The translations under genes and the position numbers were made by a program. DNA of 64,000 bases from an uncultured delta proteobacterium (GTDB taxonomy: Bacteria > Myxococcota_A > Polyangia > Polyangiales > Polyangiaceae): positions 96,001-160,000 of the forward strand of contig CAWKKR010000007.1 in assembly GCA_963850305.1 (NCBI GenBank). Direction: 5' to 3'. Under the pieces are notes generated by a model. It searched no databases. It was not told where the DNA came from and saw nothing but the letters and a program-made list of their open reading frames with translations. Of the stretch, positions 10,875-20,405 are shown piece by piece (positions within the stretch are counted from its first letter, which is position 1; each line of letters opens with the position of its first letter).

Positions 10875-11804
10875 TTGCGTAATGAGCGACGCTTCATCAC
10901 CACGCGGCGTCACCTGGGCGAGGACGACGCGTGGGCGCTCGTTCGTTGCATGCCGCGGCCGGCGAGCGAGCGCCAGGGCTACACGCTTGTCGGCGCGCGC
11001 GCGGTCGCCTGTGCGGTCGCCGAGGCGCTTCTCGTTGTCGACCCGTGCGGGGACCCACCGTGGAGCGCGACGCTGGACGTGTCGCCCGAGGCGCGGACGG
11101 TCCTCGAGCTGTGCGTGCCGCTCTGTATCGGCGAGCGAGCCCGGGACCTCGTCGTTGCCCACCTCGGGCAAAGTCTCGACGGACGCGTTGCGACTCCGGA
11201 GGGCGTCTCGCGGCTCATCACCGGGATCGAGGACGTTCGCCATACGCACCGGCTGCGTGCGCTGTTCGACGCCGTTCTCATCGGCGCGACGACCGCGGAC
11301 GTCGATGATCCGAGGTTGACCACCAGACTCGTCGACGGGGAAGATCCGGTTCGCGTCGTGATCGACCCACGCGGTCGGCTGCGCGGCGATCTGCGGATCT
11401 TCACCGACGGCGTCGTACGGTCGATCGTCGTCGTGGGACGGGATTACGCGGGCCGTCACGGCGCGTTGCCTTCCTTCGTCGAAGTGCTTCCTCTCGAGCT
11501 GGACGGTGACGACCTCTCCGTGTGGGCCATTCTGCGCGCGCTCCGCGAGCGTGGGCTCCGTCGCGTGTTCGTCGAGGGAGGCGGCATCACCGTGTCGCGC
11601 TTTCTCGACGCTCGTGCGCTCAATCGTCTTCATCTCGCGATCGCGTCGCGGATCATCGGGTGCGGCTCTCCGGCCCTCGAGCTGCGAGTGGCGTCGGACA
11701 TTGCTGCTGCGGCTCCGCCGAGCCGGCGCTACCTGCTCGGCAGTGACGTTCTGTTCGACTGCGACTTCTCCGCGGCGCTCGCGAGAGAGCCGGAGCGATC
11801 GTGA
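10875..11804 (+). CDS. RibD C-terminal-type (pyrimidine reductase) domain protein
   Basis: GQSLDGRVAT, HRLRALFDAVLIGATT..DDPRLTTR, VFVEGGGITVS. No deaminase domain. Confidence 0.88.
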   Translation: MRNERRFITTRRHLGEDDAWALVRCMPRPASERQGYTLVGARAVACAVAEALLVVDPCGDPPWSATLDVSPEARTVLELCVPLCIGERARDLVVAHLGQSLDGRVATPEGVSRLITGIEDVRHTHRLRALFDAVLIGATTADVDDPRLTTRLVDGEDPVRVVIDPRGRLRGDLRIFTDGVVRSIVVVGRDYAGRHGALPSFVEVLPLELDGDDLSVWAILRALRERGLRRVFVEGGGITVSRFLDARALNRLHLAIASRIIGCGSPALELRVASDIAAAAPPSRRYLLGSDVLFDCDFSAALAREPERS

Positions 11805-12892
11805 CGGGACACTTCTGGGTCGCGCCGCCGTTCGACGGACCCGTCACGGGGGGCACGCTTTACAATGCCCGGCTCGCCGGCGCGATCCGCGAAGCCGGCG
11901 TTCAGTGCCGGCGCATGGACCTCTACGACGCGTTCGCCGCACTCCGTGCCGGCGTGGACGGGGCGTTCTGGGTCGACACATTGTTTCTCGACGCGATGTC
12001 CGAGCTCTCACGAGCGAACGTCGCGAAGCGAGCGCTCCGTCTGATAGTTCACTACCTGCCGTCTCTCGTCGAGAAGGGTACCATCGAGTCCCTTGGTGAC
12101 TTGAGCGTCGCCGAGCTCGCCGCGGTTCGTTCCGCGGATGGGTTTCTCGCCACGAGCGCTTGGACCGGCGACCTACTCGCGAGGCTCGACGTGCCGCGCG
12201 ACGCGATCCACGTCATCGAGCCGGGGGCAGAGGTTTTGTCGGTGCAACCCAGCGACGTCGCTTCCAAGCGGCTCCGCGCCGTCATCGTCGCCAACCTGGT
12301 GCCGGGCAAGGGAGTCGAGCCTTTCCTGCGCGCGCTCGAGGTGCGATCGGACGCCCCACTGGAACTCGCCGTCGTCGGTAGTGCGTCCTTCGACGCGAAT
12401 TATGCGGCTCGCTGCGCGGAGCTCGTGCGGGCGTCGCCGTCGCTTCGCGACCGCGTCGGTTTCGTGGGCGCCCTCACGCATCTGGAGCTGATGTCGCGGC
12501 TCGCCGGGAGCGACGTGCTCGTCTCGGCGTCGCGCATGGAATCGTTCGGGATGGCGTTAGCCGACGCGCGCGCGATCGGGCTCCCGATACTTGCACGCCG
12601 TGCCGGAAATACGCCGGCGCTCGTCCATGAAGCCGCGGGCGGCAGTTCGTTCGTGGACGACGACGCTCTGGCCGCGGCGCTCGTGGCGCTCGCGAGCGAC
12701 CCCGCGGCGCTCGCGGAACGACGGCGGCGCGCCTGGGCGTCGCGCCGCACCCGAACGTGGAAGGACGCGGCAACGGAGTTCATCGACAGCGCTGGCCGCA
12801 CACACATCCCTTCATCCGCACACCGGGGGCGGGGCGTTCCTTGGCCGGACAGGCCACCGACGGAACAAAGTCGCAACGACCAACTCAAATGA
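11801..12892 (+). CDS. Glycosyltransferase family 4
   Basis: TGGTLYN, ANLVPGKG, SRMESFGMALADA (GT4 E-x7-E/D region). GTGA overlap with the RibD gene. Confidence 0.85.
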   Translation: MTGHFWVAPPFDGPVTGGTLYNARLAGAIREAGVQCRRMDLYDAFAALRAGVDGAFWVDTLFLDAMSELSRANVAKRALRLIVHYLPSLVEKGTIESLGDLSVAELAAVRSADGFLATSAWTGDLLARLDVPRDAIHVIEPGAEVLSVQPSDVASKRLRAVIVANLVPGKGVEPFLRALEVRSDAPLELAVVGSASFDANYAARCAELVRASPSLRDRVGFVGALTHLELMSRLAGSDVLVSASRMESFGMALADARAIGLPILARRAGNTPALVHEAAGGSSFVDDDALAAALVALASDPAALAERRRRAWASRRTRTWKDAATEFIDSAGRTHIPSSAHRGRGVPWPDRPPTEQSRNDQLK

Positions 12893-13084
12893 CAATTGCG
12901 TGCCGAGGCCGGAGAGGTGCGGCTTCATTCCGGCCCCGACCAGTCGATCCTCGACCGGGGAGAATCAACAGGTAAGGCGGAAGATCGGGAAGGATTGGTT
13001 TTGGAAACCGATCGAATGCGCCCGTCTGAAGCAAAACCTCAAGCGAGGCCGAGACCGGGTCGCTGAGTTGGACGGCGTTCGGGC

Positions 13085-13735
13085 TTGGGCGTATGGTTGA
13101 AGGTGTTGGCCTGGCCGAAAAACGTCGTGGTCGCGCTGTGCTCGGCCCTCGTCGGGTGCACGCAGGTGCTTGGAATCGATGGCGAGTACACGCTGGACGT
13201 TACTGCAAGCGGGGGAGCCCATCACGGCAGCGGCGGCGCGTTGAACAAAGGGGGCGGCGGCGCGCTTGGCGGCGGCGGCGGAGTTCCGATCGATGGGGCG
13301 GGCGGGCTCGCCAGTGAGACCTGCGGCGGCACAGCGTGTTCCGGAGCGACCAAGTGCTGCACTTTTCCGCAACCCGACGGTGGCGTGATCGACAGCTGCG
13401 TTCAGATGGCGCCGATCGTGGGTTGCGCGCAGCCCGGCTGTGACGTGCACTGTGGAGCGCCGGTCAACGGCACTGCGACGTGCACTGCCGACGGTCTTTG
13501 CGGTCACCAGTGCAACGAGGGATACAGGTTTGCGGGGAATGACGGCGGTTGCGATCCGATCTCGACCGGCGCCGGCGGGCGCGGCGGGCTCGGCGGAGCG
13601 CCGGGCGCGGGGGGAGCCGCTTCGACGTGCGTCGCAACCGGGTGTCCGGGGTGCATCCCCGTGGGTCCGTTCGGGTGCTGCAAGAGCGACGGCACGTGCG
13701 GCTGCACCTGGGCTCCGGGCGCGATCTGTTACTGA
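13085..13735 (+). CDS. Cys/Gly-rich lipoprotein, hypothetical
   Basis: Lipobox LVGC-TQVLGIDGEY, Gly linkers, C-terminal GCCKSDGTCGC. Confidence 0.7.
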   Translation: MGVWLKVLAWPKNVVVALCSALVGCTQVLGIDGEYTLDVTASGGAHHGSGGALNKGGGGALGGGGGVPIDGAGGLASETCGGTACSGATKCCTFPQPDGGVIDSCVQMAPIVGCAQPGCDVHCGAPVNGTATCTADGLCGHQCNEGYRFAGNDGGCDPISTGAGGRGGLGGAPGAGGAASTCVATGCPGCIPVGPFGCCKSDGTCGCTWAPGAICY

Positions 13736-13821
13736 CAAATGGGGGCCTGCCCCTCATGACGCCGTGCTCCGAAAGTGCGACGGGCATGGCCCGCTTTCGG
13801 CGATGATGCCGGCGCGTCGCA

Positions 13822-14496
13822 ATGAGGCTTGCCGTGAAGCGTCTGACGTTCGGCCATTCGCTCTTCATGCTGGCGCTTACGGCGCTGGCGTGGTGGCGAC
13901 GTGATGCGCGTATCGTCGCCGCGGGCGGCGTCATCTCGCTCGCGATCTTCGTGGTGCGGCACGCGAGTCGATGGACGCCGGAGGGACGGTTTGGCGCGGC
14001 GAACGGGATCACGGCATTCCGCGCAGCGGTCGTCCTGGGGTTCGTGGCGCTGCCGTCGCTCGGTCCTGCGGCGGCCGTGCTCGTCGCGGCGTTTCTCTTA
14101 CTCGACGGCCTCGACGGATCGCTCGCGCGAAAGCAGTCGACCGCGTCTGCGTTCGGAGCGCGGTTCGACATGGAGACCGATGCACTCTTCGTGCTGACGG
14201 GCGCGACGCGGCTCGCCGTCGACGGGCGGCTCGGAGCGTGGATACTGGTCCCCGGCATTCTCCGGTACGCGTACGTGGTCGTGACGTCCTTCGCGCCCGC
14301 GGACCGTCGCGAAGCGCCGCGTTCATCACTCGGGCGGTATGCGTTCGTCGTGCTGGTGTCGAGCTTCGCGCTCAGCGCGTGGCCATTCGAGCCGTTTTAT
14401 CGGCCATTCGCGATGTTCGCGTCCGGGTCGGTCGTCGTATCCTTTGCTTGCTCGTTCGTCTGGTCGTTCGCGGGGCGACGCACGCTCCGGGCCTGA
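13822..14496 (+). CDS. CDP-alcohol phosphatidyltransferase family protein
   Basis: ANGITAFR and DGLDGSLARK...FGARFDMETD, matching the D-x2-D-G-x2-A-R-x8-G-x3-D-x3-D signature. Confidence 0.9.
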   Translation: MRLAVKRLTFGHSLFMLALTALAWWRRDARIVAAGGVISLAIFVVRHASRWTPEGRFGAANGITAFRAAVVLGFVALPSLGPAAAVLVAAFLLLDGLDGSLARKQSTASAFGARFDMETDALFVLTGATRLAVDGRLGAWILVPGILRYAYVVVTSFAPADRREAPRSSLGRYAFVVLVSSFALSAWPFEPFYRPFAMFASGSVVVSFACSFVWSFAGRRTLRA

Positions 14497-14536
14497 TTCT
14501 GGACGTTCTCCATCCGACAGGGGAGACTCTGCCCAC

Positions 14537-15505
14537 GTGACGAATTCGGCGAGAGCACTCTGGTTGACCGGACGCGAGCACGTCGAGATTCGCGCCGAAT
14601 CGTTGCCGGTGCCGGGCGAAGGAAGCGTGCTCGTGGACACGCACTTCAGCGGCGTGAGTCGAGGAACGGAGCTACTCGTATTTTCGGGTCGCGTCCCTCC
14701 AACGGAGTACGAACGCATGCGCGCGCCGCACCAGGCGGGGCAGTTCCCCTGGCCCGTGAAATTTGGTTACGCGAACGTTGGGCGTGTTCGCGCGGGGAGT
14801 TCGGCGCTCGTCGGGCGCGACGTATTTTGCCTGTATCCCCACCAGACCGCGTACGTCGCGGACGAAAGCGCGGTGGTCCTGGTGCCATCCGTCGTTCCAC
14901 CGGAACGCGCCGTGCTTGCCGCCAACATGGAGACGGCAGTGAATGCCGTATGGGACGCCGAGCTCAAAGCTGGTGATCGTGTGGCGGTCGTCGGTGCGGG
15001 CGTCGTGGGACTATTGGTCGCGTATCTCGCGGGACGGGTGCCCGGAGCCGAGGTGGAAAGCATCGACATCGAGCCGTCGAAGGCGACTGCGGCTCGCGTG
15101 CTTGGCGTGACGTTCGTGTCGCCCGCGGACGCTCGGGGCGACGCCGACGTCGTCATTCACGCGACGGGCGCCCCGGCGGGGCTCGTGACCGCCCTGTCGC
15201 TCGCCGGCAGGGAAGCGACGGTCGTCGAGCTGTCCTGGTTCGGCGATCATGACGTCGAAGTGCCGCTAGGGCGTGCCTTTCACGCACGCCGCCTTCGTCT
15301 GCAGTCGTCGCAGGTTGGAAACTTGCCGGCCTCGCAGCGCGCGCGCTGGACGTTGCGGCGGCGGCTCGAACTCGCGCTGTCCCTGCTCGACGACCCAGTG
15401 CTCGACGTGCTCGTATCGAGCGAGGGCACCTTCGACGAACTGCCCGGGTCCATGTCGCGCATCGCGTCGAGCCCGACGCTATGTCATCGTGTCCGTTACC
15501 GTTGA
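14537..15505 (+). CDS. Zinc-binding (MDR family) alcohol dehydrogenase
   Basis: [43 protein letters not shown] start after GGAG. Confidence 0.88.
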   Translation: MTNSARALWLTGREHVEIRAESLPVPGEGSVLVDTHFSGVSRGTELLVFSGRVPPTEYERMRAPHQAGQFPWPVKFGYANVGRVRAGSSALVGRDVFCLYPHQTAYVADESAVVLVPSVVPPERAVLAANMETAVNAVWDAELKAGDRVAVVGAGVVGLLVAYLAGRVPGAEVESIDIEPSKATAARVLGVTFVSPADARGDADVVIHATGAPAGLVTALSLAGREATVVELSWFGDHDVEVPLGRAFHARRLRLQSSQVGNLPASQRARWTLRRRLELALSLLDDPVLDVLVSSEGTFDELPGSMSRIASSPTLCHRVRYR

Positions 15506-15513
15506 GGAGAGTC

Positions 15514-15942
15514 ATGTTCACCGTTTGCGTCCGAGACCACTTCATGATCGCGCACAGCTTCCAGGGTGAGCTCTTTGGGCCCGCGCAGCGGTTGCACGGC
15601 GCTACCTACGTCGTCGACGTCGAGTTTCGCCGCGCAGCCCTCGACCCGAACGGCGTCGTCGTCGACATCGGTAGAGCCGCCGAGGCACTCCGCGGCGTCG
15701 TCGGCGAGTGGAGTTACCGCAATCTGGATGACGTTCCCGAGCTTTCCGGGAAAAATACGACCACGGAATTTCTCTCCAAGGCCGTATTCGACCGCATGGT
15801 GGCGCGCGTCGGGGCCGGCGCGCTCGGTCCCGGCAGCGACGCGCTCACCTCGATGAAGGTCACCCTGCACGAGTCGCACGTCGCATGGGCGTCGTACGAG
15901 GGTCCAGTTTCGCAGCCACCCGTTGGTCGGGTGTCGCCATGA
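15514..15942 (+). CDS. 6-pyruvoyl-tetrahydropterin synthase/QueD (COG0720) family, non-canonical subtype
   Basis: [29 protein letters not shown]. Lacks the C-x3-HGH motif of QueD. GAGGAG RBS. Confidence 0.88.
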   Translation: MFTVCVRDHFMIAHSFQGELFGPAQRLHGATYVVDVEFRRAALDPNGVVVDIGRAAEALRGVVGEWSYRNLDDVPELSGKNTTTEFLSKAVFDRMVARVGAGALGPGSDALTSMKVTLHESHVAWASYEGPVSQPPVGRVSP

Positions 15943-16520
15943 CGACGCTCTGGATCATCCGTCACGCGGAAACGGAATGGGCCTTGTCGGGCAGGCACAC
16001 CGGGCGCACGGATCTACCGCTCACTTCGGCAGGCGAGGCCCAGGCACGACGCATTGGACACGGGCTCGGAAACACTGTGTTCGCCCTGGTGCTGACGAGC
16101 CCGCTCCGTCGCGCAGCTGAGACGTGCCGGCTCGCGGGCTACGGCGCAATCGCCCGACCCGACGACGATCTGATGGAATACGACTACGGCGTGTTCGAAG
16201 GCCGCACGTCGGAGGAGATTCGCAGGGAACGGCCGCAGTGGAGCATCTGGAACGGACCCGTGCCGGGCGGAGAGACGCTCGAGCAAGTGGCGTCTCGCGT
16301 CGACCGGGTGCTCGAGCGGGTTTCGGGAATCGAAGGAGACGTCGCGCTCTTTGCGCATGGTCACCTGCTCCGGATCCTTGCCGCTCGATTCCTCGAGCTG
16401 CCGCCGAGCTCGGGGCGATTGTTCGCGCTCGACCCGGCTTCGGTCAGCGTCCTCGGGCGCGACGGCGGCGCTCCGGTCATCCAGAGGTGGAACGGCACGT
16501 TCGAGTGCGCGGTCGCATGA
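15939..16520 (+). CDS. Histidine phosphatase family protein
   Basis: [31 protein letters not shown] overlap with the PTPS gene. Confidence 0.88.
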   Translation: MTTLWIIRHAETEWALSGRHTGRTDLPLTSAGEAQARRIGHGLGNTVFALVLTSPLRRAAETCRLAGYGAIARPDDDLMEYDYGVFEGRTSEEIRRERPQWSIWNGPVPGGETLEQVASRVDRVLERVSGIEGDVALFAHGHLLRILAARFLELPPSSGRLFALDPASVSVLGRDGGAPVIQRWNGTFECAVA

Positions 16521-17176
16521 AAGCTCTCGTCGTCGAAGATAATCGTAGATTGGGACAGTTTCTCAAGCGCGCGCTCGAGGAGGAGGGGTACGTCGTGGAT
16601 CTCGTCCCGGACGGGTCTACCTCTCTCCGGCAGGCGGAGACGATTGGCTACGACGTCATCGTACTGGACTGGATGCTCCCGGACACCGACGGCATCACGG
16701 TTTGCCGAACCCTCCGGAGCCGTGGCTGCAGCGTACCGATCGTCATGCTCACCGCGCGAGGTGAGATCTCGGAGCGCATCACGGGCCTCGACGCGGGCGC
16801 GGATGACTACATCGTCAAGCCATTCGACCTGGGTGAGTTTCTGGCGCGCGTCCGGGCGCGGGCGCGAAGGGAGTCCGGAGCCCAGGCGTTGTTCATTGGC
16901 CCGCTGATGGTGGACCGCGTCGAGCGCCGCGCGACACTCGCGGGCGAACCTCTCACGCTCACTCCGCGCGAGTTTTCTCTGCTGGCGTACCTCGCGCGCG
17001 CGGCTGGCCGCGTGGTGCCCCGTACCGAGCTTCTTTCGCGGGTCTGGGAAACGACGTTCGACCCGAGCTCGAACGTCGTCGAAGCTCATATCAAGAACGT
17101 GCGGGAAAAGCTGGGCTCTCACGCCAAGATGATCGTGACGGTTCGAGGCACGGGATACAGGCTCGTCGCGCCGTGA
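16517..17176 (+). CDS. OmpR-family response regulator
   Basis: VVED, LDWMLPD, LTAR, GADDYIVKPF, TVRGTGY. ATGA overlap. Confidence 0.92.
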   Translation: MKALVVEDNRRLGQFLKRALEEEGYVVDLVPDGSTSLRQAETIGYDVIVLDWMLPDTDGITVCRTLRSRGCSVPIVMLTARGEISERITGLDAGADDYIVKPFDLGEFLARVRARARRESGAQALFIGPLMVDRVERRATLAGEPLTLTPREFSLLAYLARAAGRVVPRTELLSRVWETTFDPSSNVVEAHIKNVREKLGSHAKMIVTVRGTGYRLVAP

Positions 17177-18561
17177 AGCTTCGAACGCGCGTCACCCTCG
17201 CCGTCGCGATCGTCACGGTCGTGACCCTGGCCATCGCGTCCCTGGTCACCCTGTTCCTCGTTCGCCGCGATGAGCTCGCGGATCTGGATCGCGCGCTGCT
17301 CACCCAGGCGCGGCTTGCAGCGCGCCTGGCCGTGATCGACGATCCGACGCGACCCGTGTTCGAAGCCGGGCCCGCCGAAGTGCCGGAACACTACGAGCCG
17401 AGCATGCAGTACGTCGCGGTGTACGACGCGGCCGGCCAGGTGCTCGCGTCGACGCCCAGCTTCAGCGGCATGACGCCTGCCCTCGCGCGCTTCCACCTGG
17501 GTCGAGCGATGTTGCGTGAGGGGGTGGCGGTCGATCTCGAGGTGCTCGGTCAGCGATTGCGCGGGGTCGTGATCCCCATGAAGGGGAATTTTCTCCTGTA
17601 TGCCGCGTCGCGCAGCGAGGTGGACACCGATGTCGTCTTTCTCGCCCGCGTGCTCGCCATCTTGCTCGGGCTAGCGACTCTGGCAACCGCGCTGGTCGCT
17701 CGCTGGCTCGGGCGAAGGCTCGCGAGCGACGTCCAGGACATTGCGCAGGTGGCGCGGGATATCGCGAATGGCAACCTCGCGGCGCGCGTCGGAGAGAGCG
17801 TCAGGGGCAGCGCCGAGACCGTAGCCCTCGGCGCCGATCTCGATCACATGATCCAGCAACTCGGCGAGCTCGTCCGGGTGCAGCACAACTTCATCTCTCA
17901 CGCGGCGCACGAGCTCATGTCGCCCCTGACTACGCTCCGCGGCGAGCTACAGCTCGCGCTACGCCGTCCCCGGACCGCGGAGGACCACGCCGAGACGATC
18001 GGCAACGCGCTGAGCGACGTCGAGGCGCTCGTCGTACTGGCGCAAGATCTGCTCACGCTCGCCCGCGTCGAATCCACGGCGCCCAACATTCACGAGGCCG
18101 TGGTGGCGGACGTCGTCGCGGACGCCGTGCACGCCGCTAAAGGTCGCGCCGACGCGCGGCGCGTCGAGATCGTTCGAGAGGACGATGAGGTGGCCGTTTC
18201 GATGAAAACCGTGCGCGGCGCCCGCCGACAGCTGTCCCGAGCGCTCCGCAACTTGCTCGACAATGCCGTCTTCCATAGCAATCCCGATTCGTCCGTTCGT
18301 GTGGTCGTGTCGACATTGCCCGAGGGCGTGGCGGTCGCGGTCGAAGACGCGGGGCCCGGCGTCCCCGAGTTCGAGCGTCCTCACGTTTTCGAGCCGTTCT
18401 TTCGGGGCGCCCGCGATCGTGGCGAGAGCGATCAGGGCGTGGGCTTGGGCCTCGCCATTGCCCGGCAGATTGCGCGTTCGTCCGGTGGCGACCTCGAACT
18501 CGACAGCGGGTTCGGTCCCGGAGCGAGGTTCGTATTGAAGCTGAGATCGCCAGCGGGGTGA
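17173..18561 (+). CDS. HAMP-domain sensor histidine kinase
   Basis: Two TM helices, AAHELMSPLT, NLLDNA, DAGPG, GVGLGLAIA. GTGA overlap. Confidence 0.92.
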   Translation: MKLRTRVTLAVAIVTVVTLAIASLVTLFLVRRDELADLDRALLTQARLAARLAVIDDPTRPVFEAGPAEVPEHYEPSMQYVAVYDAAGQVLASTPSFSGMTPALARFHLGRAMLREGVAVDLEVLGQRLRGVVIPMKGNFLLYAASRSEVDTDVVFLARVLAILLGLATLATALVARWLGRRLASDVQDIAQVARDIANGNLAARVGESVRGSAETVALGADLDHMIQQLGELVRVQHNFISHAAHELMSPLTTLRGELQLALRRPRTAEDHAETIGNALSDVEALVVLAQDLLTLARVESTAPNIHEAVVADVVADAVHAAKGRADARRVEIVREDDEVAVSMKTVRGARRQLSRALRNLLDNAVFHSNPDSSVRVVVSTLPEGVAVAVEDAGPGVPEFERPHVFEPFFRGARDRGESDQGVGLGLAIARQIARSSGGDLELDSGFGPGARFVLKLRSPAG

Positions 18562-18563
18562 AC

Positions 18564-20399
18564 TCAGGGGCCGACCTGCTCGAGCGTGCCGTTCAGGAAG
18601 TCCTGACTGAATTGTGCGATCGTTTCGCCGCTCGTTTGCACGGTGGTGTCGTAGAAGCGCGCGCGGAACTCGTGCTGGTGCTTCGAGATATTCGCGCCGC
18701 CGAGGAAGTACGTCGAAAGGCGGCCCGTGCTCACGTACGATGAGCGCAGGTTCGTGAGCCCGGTCGCGTATTCGTCGGCCGGGTAGTACGCCTGCGCGGG
18801 GTTGCACGGAATGATCTGCCCGAGCGTGATGCACACCGGATCGGCGATGTCGTAGTTCTGGCAGCTGTTGAGGCCGACGGAATAAAAGAGCCGGATCACC
18901 TCATCGTTCATGCTCGAGATGATGCCGATGTTGCCGCGAGGGTGCTTCCTGAGCAGAAAGTCCGAGAGGTGGACCATGCCGCCGCCGTCTGCTTGCTGGC
19001 ACTCGGTGCAGTCCGGCGGAAACTGGAGGCCCCATTGCGCACGCCACTTCTGCTGCATGCAGATCGGCATCTCGTTGTCTTCGAACGGAGGCCCCGAGTC
19101 GTCCATGATGTCGACACGAATGCCGCCGTTGTCCCCGAATGCGTCCATGACCATGCTCGCGTTGAGCGCCGCGCCGAAGCCCCCTGCGCTCGCCCCGGTG
19201 AGCACGACGCGGCTCACCTTGTTCTTGTAGGTTGGCACGATGTGGCCGATGAAGAGATCCATGTTCGTCCCGCCGACGAACTGTTGCGGGGGCGTCTGTC
19301 CCGTGCCGGCGGCGACCGTGCCGTTCGGCTTTCGGCCGTAGAACACGTCGCCGGTGCAGTACGGGACGTAGATCATGTTCCAATCCTTGTATGGATTGGC
19401 CGCATTCGTTGTGTCGAAGATGCCCTGGACACCCGTGTTGTCGGTGTATACGCCTGGCTGCTGCCAGCCGGCGCCCGCGCCGAAGGTCGAACCGATCACG
19501 CTCTCACCGTCCCCGGAGAGCACGGTGTTCACGCTCTGAGGATTGAAGGCGCAGAAGTGATCGTCGCTGCACGCGCCGCCGCCCTCGAGATAGATGAGCA
19601 AGCTGCTCGCGGTGCCGTCGTGCGTGTAGAAGCCCGTGGGGGAGCCATCGCGGCACGTCGCGCCCGAAATGGTGTGCCAGTTCCAGCCCGCGGGCGGAGT
19701 TGGTGCTGTCGTCATGCCGGTGATCCATCCCGTGGGCGCGGGAGAAGGCGGTGTGCTGATCGGGACGGTGTCCGCGGTATCGGGATCGAACGCGGCGAGC
19801 ATCTTCGGCGACAGATCGCAGAAGTTCGGATTGCGGTTCACGTTGCCCACCGTGTCGAAGTTGCAGTTCAGCGTCGAACCGCCGCCGCCAGCGCCGCCGC
19901 TGCCCGTACCGCCCGTGCCGCCGGTTCCGGCGCCGCCGCTGCTCGTGCCGCCAGCGCCGCCGCCCGTGCCGCCAGCGCCGCCGCCGCCCGTGCCGCCTGC
20001 GCCGCCGTTGCCCGCGCCGCTACCGCCGGCCGCTGTTCCGCCGCTGCCCACGCCGATCGCGTTCCCGCCGTCCGTGCCGCCGGAGCCAGAGTCGGGCCCG
20101 TCGCCGGTTGCGCCCGCGCCCGCGTCGAGACCGCCTGACGACGTGTCTTCGCCGCCGGAGCCGAATGTGCCGCCGGAGCCGAGCGCGCCGCCCGTTGACG
20201 GCGCCACGACGAACCCGCCCGAACCGACGTTCGTCGAACCGCTGCTACCGTTGTTGCTGCCGCCGCTCGAACTGCCGCCCGAGCCGAACGTGTCGAACCC
20301 GCCGGTGCCGGAAATTCCCTGGACGTCCTGCCCGTGGCTGCAGTGCACTACCCCGAGAGCAAGAACGACGGCCGTGAGCTTCGAATCGAGGATCCGCAT
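18564..20399 (-). CDS. Pectinacetylesterase/Notum-like alpha/beta hydrolase lipoprotein (copy 1)
   Basis: Signal ending VVHC, long Gly linker, CRDGSPTG, YLEGGGAC, VPYCTGD, TGASAGG, DSGP, terminal HQH. Confidence 0.85.
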   Translation of the reverse strand: MRILDSKLTAVVLALGVVHCSHGQDVQGISGTGGFDTFGSGGSSSGGSNNGSSGSTNVGSGGFVVAPSTGGALGSGGTFGSGGEDTSSGGLDAGAGATGDGPDSGSGGTDGGNAIGVGSGGTAAGGSGAGNGGAGGTGGGGAGGTGGGAGGTSSGGAGTGGTGGTGSGGAGGGGSTLNCNFDTVGNVNRNPNFCDLSPKMLAAFDPDTADTVPISTPPSPAPTGWITGMTTAPTPPAGWNWHTISGATCRDGSPTGFYTHDGTASSLLIYLEGGGACSDDHFCAFNPQSVNTVLSGDGESVIGSTFGAGAGWQQPGVYTDNTGVQGIFDTTNAANPYKDWNMIYVPYCTGDVFYGRKPNGTVAAGTGQTPPQQFVGGTNMDLFIGHIVPTYKNKVSRVVLTGASAGGFGAALNASMVMDAFGDNGGIRVDIMDDSGPPFEDNEMPICMQQKWRAQWGLQFPPDCTECQQADGGGMVHLSDFLLRKHPRGNIGIISSMNDEVIRLFYSVGLNSCQNYDIADPVCITLGQIIPCNPAQAYYPADEYATGLTNLRSSYVSTGRLSTYFLGGANISKHQHEFRARFYDTTVQTSGETIAQFSQDFLNGTLEQVGP

Positions 20400-20405
20400 G
20401 ATTCC

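Noticed and set aside
10875..15942. Ordinary riboflavin or queuosine operon
   Set aside because: No ribA/B/E/H or queC/E/F; RibD lacks the deaminase domain and the PTPS protein lacks the QueD Cys motif.
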